From Planctomycetota bacterium (GTDB taxonomy: Bacteria; Planctomycetota; GCA-002687715; DRQF01), in contig JAJRYU010000588.1 in assembly GCA_024275615.1 (NCBI GenBank), positions 1 to 39,693 of the forward strand: a stretch of DNA of 39,693 nt, in the 5' to 3' direction. Shown here one piece after another: positions 27,468 through 34,973 of the stretch. The notes beneath the pieces are model-generated. The model saw only the letters and a program-made list of their open reading frames with translations. It was not told where the DNA came from and ran no database searches. Position 1 is the stretch's first letter; each line of letters begins with the position of its first letter. The translations under genes and the position numbers were made by a program.

Positions 27468-29525
27468 CTATTTTCGTGACCCCGTTACCAGGAAAGTCCT
27501 GAGGTCATTGGCAAATAGGCCACCGAGACTGCTGTTTGTGAAGACGACAAAGCCAGCGCCTCGGTCTTGATACGCTTCGAAATTGCAACGAAAGTCGCCG
27601 TTATTGCCATCATGCCCGAAGACTCGTCCAAACGGTGTGTCCATGAGCATGAATCCCAATCCGAAACCCTTGTGCCACGGAAGCGAGGCGGCGATTTCGT
27701 TTTGAGGTCGTTCGACCGCCATGCTCAGCATGGCACGGTATGTGGCGGCTGAAAGACCCTCTTCTTTCAACAACCCGATCATGAAATTTGCAAAAACTCT
27801 GGCCTCCGTGAACATGCTGTGAGCCACACCAATCTGAGATGGAAAGCGAGAGAATGTGGCGCCAGCCAGCCTGTGCCCATGGGCCGCCAAGCTCCGCAAT
27901 TGCGGAGAATCCGAGAAGAAGATGTTCGTGGTAATACCCATGGGAATCTGAACTTCTTGCTCGAGGATTTCCTTGAGGCTTTTCTCTTCGATGTGAGCAA
28001 CAACGCGCGCAAGATACTCGAACGCCTCGCCAGAGTAAGCGTATTTTGTCCCTGGAGTGAACCTCAAACGGATCTTGGAGTCTCCGTCTGGCCCCCAATT
28101 CGGCAACCCGGTCTGATGAGTCAAGACAAGGCGCGCGGTAATGAGGCGCGATCGCTCGTCGTGGGCAATTCGCCGGAAAGGAAGGTACTCAAACAGAGGC
28201 TTGTCCAATTCAATCCTGCCACGCTCAGCAAGCCGATTCACAGCAAAAGCGAAAACGATCTTCGTGATGGAAGCCGCTTCAAACAGAGTCTCACTAGTGA
28301 CAGGCTCCTGGGTCAAAACGTTCTTGACGCCGAAGGCCTTGTGATAGATCAGACGCTTATCCTTGATGAGTGCAAGAGACACGCCAGGGATCTCATAGAA
28401 TTGCATCGCCTTCTTGACGAATGTACTTACGAGCTCATCTTTGCTCTTGTCGTAGTCAAAGAGGACCCCTCGTTCCTCAAAGACCTTCGGAAAAGCAATC
28501 CTCGACAGACGGATTTCCGGGGCAATGTTGCTCTGAGCATTGACCTTGACCTTGACTTGCCGATCGTCAGACAACCTTATCAAGTCGTTCTGGGAGACCA
28601 GAAAAGAGTCCGGACAGGAAACGAAATACTCTCCTTCGGGCACATCAAGACTGTAGCGCCCGGCTCCGTCGATTCTGGCATGAAACCACAATCCTGATGT
28701 GCCGATTGAAGTAATGCGGACGCGAGAGGGAAGTGAGTCGAGTTTCTTCCCATCCCAAAGCACCGAACCATGAAGTGCGACCAGGTCTTGCCCAGGTTCT
28801 TGCAGCAGCAAGTCGCCGCAACGTCCTGGCTGTCGATTCTTAAAGACTTGAGGGCCCCAAGCCAAATAGGAGCCTCCCTGGGCACCGTCATCGGCATCAA
28901 GGTCGATGATTACCAAGTCAAGGCCCAAAGTTGTTCCTTGTTCAATTTTTCCGGCGCAGTGAACGGCCCACTCATAACGCGTTGTGTTCTTTTTTCTTGA
29001 AGACAAGGCTTGCGCACCCTTCCAGGTTGCAAGCCGCACCTGCGGATCCCAAGAGACACCAACTGGCCCTGGCATCTCCCGGCGTGTTCCAGTGACGGCA
29101 TATGCCACCGGTCCGGAGCCTCGGGGCGAATGAGTCGCATCGAGATAGAGCACACATCCATCGAGGTCATACCATGGCACTCCGTCTTTTTCGGTTATGT
29201 GCTCATCGTCCCGCACCTCGACAGCGACATAGAGCATGTCCAAACCTGGGTTGTACCCCACTCTAAACTGTGCAGACAGGTCTTCTTCGCTCTTCGGGTT
29301 GTTCCCAAAGTAGCTTCTGGTGATTGGATGCGCCACGGCTTGAGGAGGCCAATCAGAAAAATCGCCGTCGACCTTGATCGGATTCATGAACGACGCATAT
29401 GCGACTTGCCCAGTGGCTTGCTTCTGCTCAATCAGGTTTGGTGTCGCCCATAAGTCATTCGTGGTCAAGAAGACAACAAGAATCGTTGTCATCTTCAGGG
29501 CAAGCCGATCTATGGTCATCGTCAT
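27468..29525 (-). CDS. secreted serine hydrolase of the beta-lactamase/PBP (class C-like) family with N-terminal carbohydrate-binding-like and Ig/CarboxypepD_reg-like domains
   Basis: SxxK motif in EAASITKIVFAFAV. Downstream YAYSGEAF and GHDGNNG (H-x-G) motifs. The N-terminal region (FSDWPPQAV...FRVGYNPGLDMLYVAVEVRDDEH) resembles CBM9/DOMON-like modules. Signal peptide present. Confidence 0.8.
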   Translation of the reverse strand: MTMTIDRLALKMTTILVVFLTTNDLWATPNLIEQKQATGQVAYASFMNPIKVDGDFSDWPPQAVAHPITRSYFGNNPKSEEDLSAQFRVGYNPGLDMLYVAVEVRDDEHITEKDGVPWYDLDGCVLYLDATHSPRGSGPVAYAVTGTRREMPGPVGVSWDPQVRLATWKGAQALSSRKKNTTRYEWAVHCAGKIEQGTTLGLDLVIIDLDADDGAQGGSYLAWGPQVFKNRQPGRCGDLLLQEPGQDLVALHGSVLWDGKKLDSLPSRVRITSIGTSGLWFHARIDGAGRYSLDVPEGEYFVSCPDSFLVSQNDLIRLSDDRQVKVKVNAQSNIAPEIRLSRIAFPKVFEERGVLFDYDKSKDELVSTFVKKAMQFYEIPGVSLALIKDKRLIYHKAFGVKNVLTQEPVTSETLFEAASITKIVFAFAVNRLAERGRIELDKPLFEYLPFRRIAHDERSRLITARLVLTHQTGLPNWGPDGDSKIRLRFTPGTKYAYSGEAFEYLARVVAHIEEKSLKEILEQEVQIPMGITTNIFFSDSPQLRSLAAHGHRLAGATFSRFPSQIGVAHSMFTEARVFANFMIGLLKEEGLSAATYRAMLSMAVERPQNEIAASLPWHKGFGLGFMLMDTPFGRVFGHDGNNGDFRCNFEAYQDRGAGFVVFTNSSLGGLFANDLRTFLVTGSRK

Positions 29526-29550
29526 GTTTCGCCAATCCTGTTTGAGAAAA

Positions 29551-30207
29551 CTAACGTGCGATCAAATCCAGGAGTCCCTTGGTACTCCTTTGCCAATGTC
29601 CTCGGAGTGCCTCGATCGCTTCATCTCTTCTCCCCTGGACAAAGGCAGCAACAATGGCCTCATGCTCCGCCGTTGAAGAACCCCTACTCGTGGACGACGA
29701 GAAGTAGTTCGTTTCGTAGCGAGAGACGGTGTCCCGGAGGCTCCAGATCATTTTCTGGAGTCGCTGGTTCGGGCTACCGGCAAGCAGGATTTCGTGAAAA
29801 TGCTGATCCAAGCGAATGACCTGGGCAATGCCAGTATCTTCTTTGGTCATCGCTTGGAGACAGGAGCTGAGCGTTGCTTTCTGCCCATCGCTACAGGGGA
29901 GCGATGTGCGCAGGGCTTCGAGCTCCAAGAGGGCAAGCAACGGGTAAACCTCAGCCGCTTCTTCATAGGTTAGTTGTGCCACTCGAAAACCCCGCCCCGG
30001 CAACGCTTCGACGTGCCCATGGTTCGCCAAGAGCAAAAGTGCTTCCCGAACAGGCGTGCGACTTGCTCCAAGTTGCTGGGCGAGATCTGTATCGCGCAGG
30101 CGCTCTCCTTGTGCAAACGCCCCGTCCAACAACGCCGTCAGGATGCGCTCGTACACGATATCGCGTAGGGGTTTGCGATCAGCAGATTGGAGGAAATCGG
30201 GCTTCAT
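29551..30207 (-). CDS. GntR-family transcriptional regulator (FadR/FCD subfamily)
   Basis: Winged HTH: LRDIVYERILTALLDGAFAQGERLRDTDLAQQLGASRTPVREALLLLANHGHVEALPGRGFRV. An all-helical FCD-like C-domain follows. Start set at ATG 30207 (MKPDFLQS...). Confidence 0.9.
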   Translation of the reverse strand: MKPDFLQSADRKPLRDIVYERILTALLDGAFAQGERLRDTDLAQQLGASRTPVREALLLLANHGHVEALPGRGFRVAQLTYEEAAEVYPLLALLELEALRTSLPCSDGQKATLSSCLQAMTKEDTGIAQVIRLDQHFHEILLAGSPNQRLQKMIWSLRDTVSRYETNYFSSSTSRGSSTAEHEAIVAAFVQGRRDEAIEALRGHWQRSTKGLLDLIAR

Positions 30208-30215
30208 TGACAAAC

Positions 30216-30223
30216 TGTATACA
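30216..30223. promoter_or_regulatory. candidate GntR-type operator palindrome TGTATACA
   Basis: A perfect 8-nt palindrome 9 nt upstream of the GntR start codon. It fits the generic GntR operator core t-GT-Nx-AC-a. The flanking sequence GTATacaaaATAC forms a second inverted repeat. Confidence 0.25.
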
Positions 30224-30394
30224 AAATACAAAAAGTCGCAAGGGGCACGGCGGAAATCGCCCGATTCACCGCAGCTGAACAACTACGAGGACTCATCGAT
30301 TCGTTACGAATACACGTCAACGAGCATCTTGCCGTACGCATGGCCTAGTCGCATTCAAGGGCTGCCACCAGTCAAAGCACCACGTACGACGCTG

Positions 30395-31762
30395 TTATTT
30401 CTTCGTGTGAGCGATCTGCGGCCAATACGCTTCGAAAGTGAAATGCGGACTGTTGGCGAGGTCGTGGCACTTGAAACAAAAACTCTCGCCCAAGACTCCT
30501 CGTGGCGTGGGAACCAGTTGGTCAACATGATCGAGGGATGGCCCATGACAGGCCTCACATTGAATATTCACGGGGTCGATGCTCACGGGATCAAAGCCGC
30601 CAAATCTATCGAAATCGACCACGTGACACCGAACGCATTCAGGGTCCCACTCATCACCGGTTTTCTTGAGCGCAGCGAAAGCCGTGGCGTGTTTCGATTT
30701 ATTCCATGTGGTGTGAGCCTCCGCGTGGCAGGCCGCGCACGATTCGGATCCGGCATAATTGCCTTCAGCATCGTCAAATCGTGGCACTTGAACGAGGAGC
30801 TCTTCGAACTTCACATTGCCTCGATAGAAATCGAGTATTTGGGCCTGCTCTTTGTCTTCACCATAACTGTCGTCAAGAGTGTAGTGGTCAAGCACATCGC
30901 CTCGAGGCCAGGTAGTGAATCCAACATAGCGCCCTTTCTGGCCAGACTCCACGCCGAGAAAGCCCTTACCGCGAACGTCGACGACTGGAATGTCGGAGAC
31001 CCCGGCCAAGACAACCAAAGTGCTCTTGGCCGCGTCCTTTAGTCCCAGTTCCTCGATCAGTTTTTCTATTTCGGAGAGCGAACCGGTCGCTGCAACGAGT
31101 AAATGACGGGCTGGATTGCCACTCTCAGACCGCAAGGCTTTGAGCAAATCAGTCACATCAGGTTGGGCCGTGGCAACTAAGCGTGGTTCTGAAATCGAAT
31201 TATCCGTCGGCGATACAAATCCTGTCACCACGACCTCTTCTTTGCCGCGACGAAGTACGGTGTGAGAGGAAAACAAGAGTTTTTCCTCATAGGTAAGGTT
31301 GGCAGAGACGATGGGAAACCCTTCACCTTTTCTAGCAGCGACTATCTCCTGCCAGAACGAACCCCCGACTAGGAGATCCTTGTCGCCTGGACAAAACACG
31401 GCCGCCTCCATCACCCTTAAACTGTCAAGAAAAGCTTCAACTTTGAGTTCCTGTTGACGCCCGCCCTCTTTGATCAAGTTGCCAACACAAATGAGCTGGC
31501 TTTCTTGCCACACATCGGCTTCAACAGACTTGAAAAAGGCCCCACGGCGCGCGATACCACCCAAGACGGGTTTCGAACAGCCGCATGGTCGGAGCATGCC
31601 CAAATCGTTGCCGATGATGAAAAATCCAGCTTCGTGGGGCACTGAAACAGAGGGCACTGGGAAGATCGGTTCGACTTTCTCATTGGCGCCCTGGTACCAA
31701 ACGACCAGTCCGGCGATGGCCAAGATCCCAACAAGCATGAGTGGTTTGTTCATAGTTCGCAT
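30395..31762 (-). CDS. membrane-anchored fusion: degenerate metallophosphoesterase/5'-nucleotidase-like domain plus C-terminal tetraheme cytochrome c (c554 family)
   Basis: Four CxxCH motifs: CAACH (followed by AEAHTTWNKSKH), CVRCH, CEACH, CFKCH. N-terminal signal anchor LMLVGILAIAGLVVW. FFIIGNDLGMLRPCGCSKPVLGGIARRGAFF and PIVSANL resemble UshA-like phosphoesterase motifs but lack the His ligands. Confidence 0.8.
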   Translation of the reverse strand: MRTMNKPLMLVGILAIAGLVVWYQGANEKVEPIFPVPSVSVPHEAGFFIIGNDLGMLRPCGCSKPVLGGIARRGAFFKSVEADVWQESQLICVGNLIKEGGRQQELKVEAFLDSLRVMEAAVFCPGDKDLLVGGSFWQEIVAARKGEGFPIVSANLTYEEKLLFSSHTVLRRGKEEVVVTGFVSPTDNSISEPRLVATAQPDVTDLLKALRSESGNPARHLLVAATGSLSEIEKLIEELGLKDAAKSTLVVLAGVSDIPVVDVRGKGFLGVESGQKGRYVGFTTWPRGDVLDHYTLDDSYGEDKEQAQILDFYRGNVKFEELLVQVPRFDDAEGNYAGSESCAACHAEAHTTWNKSKHATAFAALKKTGDEWDPECVRCHVVDFDRFGGFDPVSIDPVNIQCEACHGPSLDHVDQLVPTPRGVLGESFCFKCHDLANSPHFTFEAYWPQIAHTKK

Positions 31763-31782
31763 TTTTCGGCGCGGGCTTGGCT

Positions 31783-33891
31783 TTATGAACCCTGCAACAT
31801 CTTGGCGATTCGCTTGAGAATCTGGACTTCGTTTTCGTTCTGAGGCGGCAGCCGAAGAGCTTGCTGCAGCAATCGGAGCCGCTCATTGTTTTTGCCCACT
31901 CGCCGAGACAACTCGGCCTGAAGATAGAGTTCCTCAACTCCGGCTTTCCCTGCCTCGACAACAGCATCGAGGACGGCGTAGGCACCGACGTAGTTTTTTT
32001 CTTGAAACAAACGGCGCGCGCGCATGGCGGCAAGTTTCGGATCGGTCTTGCTTAGGGCCATCCCTCGAGACACGAAATAGTCAACGAGATCAGTCTTGTT
32101 CCGCATCAGGGCATAGTGTGCCGCTTCAAAGAGAAAACTGAGACGACGAGATTCCGTTACACGCTCGTCAGCTAACTCATCGAGGATCTTCAAGTCGGTT
32201 TCCAATTCAACGACCAGAGATTCTTCCTCTTGTTTGTCTTTGGACCGTATCGCACGTTCCAGCGTCACGAGTCGCAGACGAAATGTGTTGAGGCGAGCAT
32301 CAAAGACCAGGTTGACATCGCCCCAGCCTAATTCCTCTGCCCTGACAGAAGCACGAATGCCACGCTGAACTCTCTCCATAGCATCGTCGGCATCTCTAAG
32401 TGTCGTCGCATAGGTCCCTTCAGCAGAGGCACGTTGCATGTAGAGTTTGTAGCAAATGAGGCGTGTATCTTGGTCCAGCCGATCTTGGCCAGGTAGTTTT
32501 GCCAAATCACCACGAATCGCGTCAAGAGCGTCAAAGTCATCAACGAACTGCTTGAAATCACTTGGACCAACGCCCGATGTGTGGGTCACAGCGATCTTGT
32601 TGTGAAGCGCCCAGACACTCTTCGGATTGATGTCGATGGCATAGTCTGCCAGGGTCTGAGGACTTCTCCATGCGCCAATCAAGGGAAAAGAAGCGGCAGC
32701 TGACACCACGGCCATGACACCCCACGAAGCGAGCGATACCTTCTTGAGGAGCCCGGTGTTTCGCCAAAGGATGAGGCTAACTGTCAAGGCAGCGGAGATT
32801 CCGAACAGCGGCGAATAGAGCAATCGGAAGCCACCGACCGTGCCAATGCCAACGAGAATATTGCTGACTGGCAAGAAACTCACGATGGCAAACGCAAGGA
32901 GGATTGCCACTGGGCTTTTGCGGCGAAATGCCAAGACCGTGGCCGCGAGCACCGCAGCGAGCACCATGATTCCAAGGAGGACAGGACCGTTCATCCATGA
33001 AATCGGCGGTGGGACATCTTGATGGGTTAGGTTGGGCATGAGGCCGAATGGGAAGACGGAAGCAGGCAAGTACTGACTGCCGATAACAGCCAGTGCCGAT
33101 CGTAGGCGTTCTACCGTGGAGAATTCGGCATAAGGTCCACGGGAAAAATCAATCGTGGCTCCCCCAATGGCGTGTCCTCGCATGATCCACCAACCGCCAG
33201 CAGAGGCTGCAAACAAGACCGTAGTCAAGATGATGACACCACGTCTTGGGCTCTCGATACCTTGCCGCTTTTCTAACCACCATTGCAACAACAAGATGAT
33301 CGGAAACAAGACACTTGTCTCTTTGGAAAGCAACGCCACAAACCAAAAGATCGCCGACAAGAATAAGAAAAGGACTCCGTCCTTGGGGCCGATCTTGCGC
33401 AGCCCAGCCAGAAATGTACACCAAGAAAGGGTCATGAACAGGGCCGTAAGCAACTCGGCAGCGCCCACCATACAAACGACCGATTCCATGGACACCGCAT
33501 GAAGGGCAGGAATGAGGGCAGCAAGGAAGGCGACGAAATAACGTCTGCGATTTTTCCCCAGGAGAAGGAGAATGAGCAAGTAGCGAGCTATGGCGCAGAC
33601 AACGTGCAAGACCAAGCTGCCCAGGTGAAAAACGCCCGGGTCGCTGCGACCGGAACCGATTCTGCCGAGGACAGCGAACCAAAGCATCGGCACCGGCCGA
33701 TAGAGTGTCGCTTGGACCCCTTGTTCACCTTGCCACCAGCGACTGACTAAGATGTCCGAGACACTTCCTTCGTCAACCAAGGGGTTCTCAGCAACAATCC
33801 GCTGCGCGTCCAGCACAAAACCGGAATCCGCAACCCCAAGTCCGACCGTCAAGACAATCAAGCCAAGAGCGGCGATCCAACCCTTCCCCAT
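31783..33891 (-). CDS. polytopic membrane protein with C-terminal TPR repeats, TMTC/PMT_2 (GT39-like) glycosyltransferase-like
   Basis: About 450 N-terminal residues carry roughly 11 TM helices, including YRPVPMLWF and FHLGSLVLHVVCA (an FHxxNxxLH-like motif of TMTC-type proteins). The helical TPR-like C-terminus contains YVGAYAVLDAVVEAGKAGVEELYLQAELSRRVG. The track start is TTG 33894; I use the adjacent ATG 33891. Confidence 0.7.
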   Translation of the reverse strand: MGKGWIAALGLIVLTVGLGVADSGFVLDAQRIVAENPLVDEGSVSDILVSRWWQGEQGVQATLYRPVPMLWFAVLGRIGSGRSDPGVFHLGSLVLHVVCAIARYLLILLLLGKNRRRYFVAFLAALIPALHAVSMESVVCMVGAAELLTALFMTLSWCTFLAGLRKIGPKDGVLFLFLSAIFWFVALLSKETSVLFPIILLLQWWLEKRQGIESPRRGVIILTTVLFAASAGGWWIMRGHAIGGATIDFSRGPYAEFSTVERLRSALAVIGSQYLPASVFPFGLMPNLTHQDVPPPISWMNGPVLLGIMVLAAVLAATVLAFRRKSPVAILLAFAIVSFLPVSNILVGIGTVGGFRLLYSPLFGISAALTVSLILWRNTGLLKKVSLASWGVMAVVSAAASFPLIGAWRSPQTLADYAIDINPKSVWALHNKIAVTHTSGVGPSDFKQFVDDFDALDAIRGDLAKLPGQDRLDQDTRLICYKLYMQRASAEGTYATTLRDADDAMERVQRGIRASVRAEELGWGDVNLVFDARLNTFRLRLVTLERAIRSKDKQEEESLVVELETDLKILDELADERVTESRRLSFLFEAAHYALMRNKTDLVDYFVSRGMALSKTDPKLAAMRARRLFQEKNYVGAYAVLDAVVEAGKAGVEELYLQAELSRRVGKNNERLRLLQQALRLPPQNENEVQILKRIAKMLQGS

Positions 33892-34132
33892 CAACCCGCC
33901 TCCAAGAGAAAACCAATCACGGCTTCACCCCATGTGGATGATTCCATGGCCATAGGATAACACGAACGCTTTGTTTGCAGCGATCGCCGATTGCGACTTT
34001 GATTGCACGTCTCTCGAGGGTAACTAAGCCTGCTTGTTCATAGGATTGTGGTTCACCGGTCGTGAATGGCGTGAGACGACGAGGTCAGGTGTGTGCCACC
34101 GCCCTTGGCCGCAAGGTCGTCAATGATGCAGG

Positions 34133-34552
34133 TTAGGTGATCTTGACGATTGTTGTAACCGGTTCGCCAACATCAGGGATGAGGACAATTCTCATGTCCG
34201 ATCCGGCTGAACCCGGCGGCAGGACAATGTCGAATTCCCATTTCCCGGTCTCTTGATTAAATGTCGCCACACCAGTGCTGTGTTGCCAACCATTCAACTC
34301 GATAGAAATTGCAAAAGGTGGCGGAGCTCCGCCAGCGGGAGGGGGGCCGCCCTCTACTGTACCGGTGACTGTGGAATTTCAGATGAGTGGGGTAGGAACA
34401 CTCACGACCCAGCCTTGGTCTTGATGGAGGGAAATCGCTAGTGAACTGGCCATGCAAGTTCGCAGGTCGCCTTCAACGCAGGCAAACAAAATAGCGAGGA
34501 CTAAACCAAGCCTCAGACCTGCAAATCGAGTTTTCCGGGACAGATATGCCAT
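34133..34552 (-). pseudogene. small lipoprotein-like ORF interrupted by one in-frame TGA (codon 58 of 139)
   Basis: From ATG 34552: MAYLSRKTRFAGLRLGLVLAILFAC... (basic n-region, hydrophobic core, lipobox LFAC), continuing to ...VPTPLI, then TGA at 34381-34379. The same frame stays open for 81 more codons (NSTVTGTVEGGPPPAGGAPPPFAISIELNGWQHSTGVATFNQETGKWEFDIVLPPGSAGSDMRIVLIPDVGEPVTTIVKIT) to TAA 34135-34133. I translated this codon by codon by hand. The track shows only 34379..34597. Confidence 0.45.
34319..34334. repeat. perfect 16-nt palindrome TGGCGGAGCTCCGCCA inside the interrupted ORF
   Basis: The sequence is self-complementary over 16 nt and encodes part of AGGAPP. It begins 45 nt downstream of the in-frame UGA on the mRNA. 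Confidence 0.9.
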
Positions 34553-34973
34553 CCGGCAGCACGGCTCCAAAAGTGGGACGGGATTGTCCCTATGCAACTT
34601 CGTTCAAGTGTACCGATCGTTGCCAACAAGTGTCAAACAATTAAGTTGTACTGCAACTATGTTACAGCCAAAGACTTAGGACATGGGACATACGTGGCGA
34701 TCGTGGCAATCTTTCAAAATCTTCACGAAAACATCACTACACCCGCATTCGAGTCACAAATATGCAAAAGTGACTTTCTATCACCAAGCTTCCCTCCTTT
34801 TTGTCGCATATTATTGCGCGCACTATTGAGGCAATTCGAACAGTCCCGGCCCAAAAGTGCACACAAGGACCTCACTCCTGTGTCCAAGAATGACACACTC
34901 ATCAGCATAAGTTATTAATATTAAACACTTTGAGAGAAAGTTCTGCGACACAACCAAGGAGAGGATCTCGAAT

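Noticed and set aside
33977-33984. A GCGATCGC (HIP1-like) palindrome, considered as a sign of cyanobacterial origin.
   Set aside because: Only one exact copy was seen. The other CGATCG occurrences have different flanks, and the gene content is not cyanobacterial.
34083-34098. TGGCAC on the minus strand upstream of the TMTC-like gene (TGGCACACACCTGACC).
   Set aside because: The -12 position reads TGAC and lacks the invariant GC at the required spacing.
34379-34381. The possibility that the in-frame TGA reflects an alternative genetic code (UGA as Gly or Trp) or selenocysteine.
   Set aside because: TGA terminates several well-defined genes in this window at expected protein lengths, so there is no global reassignment. 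The local context (PLI-U-NST) is not a redox motif, and I see no stem-loop at the canonical SECIS distance. Selenocysteine is kept only as a low-probability option in the finding.
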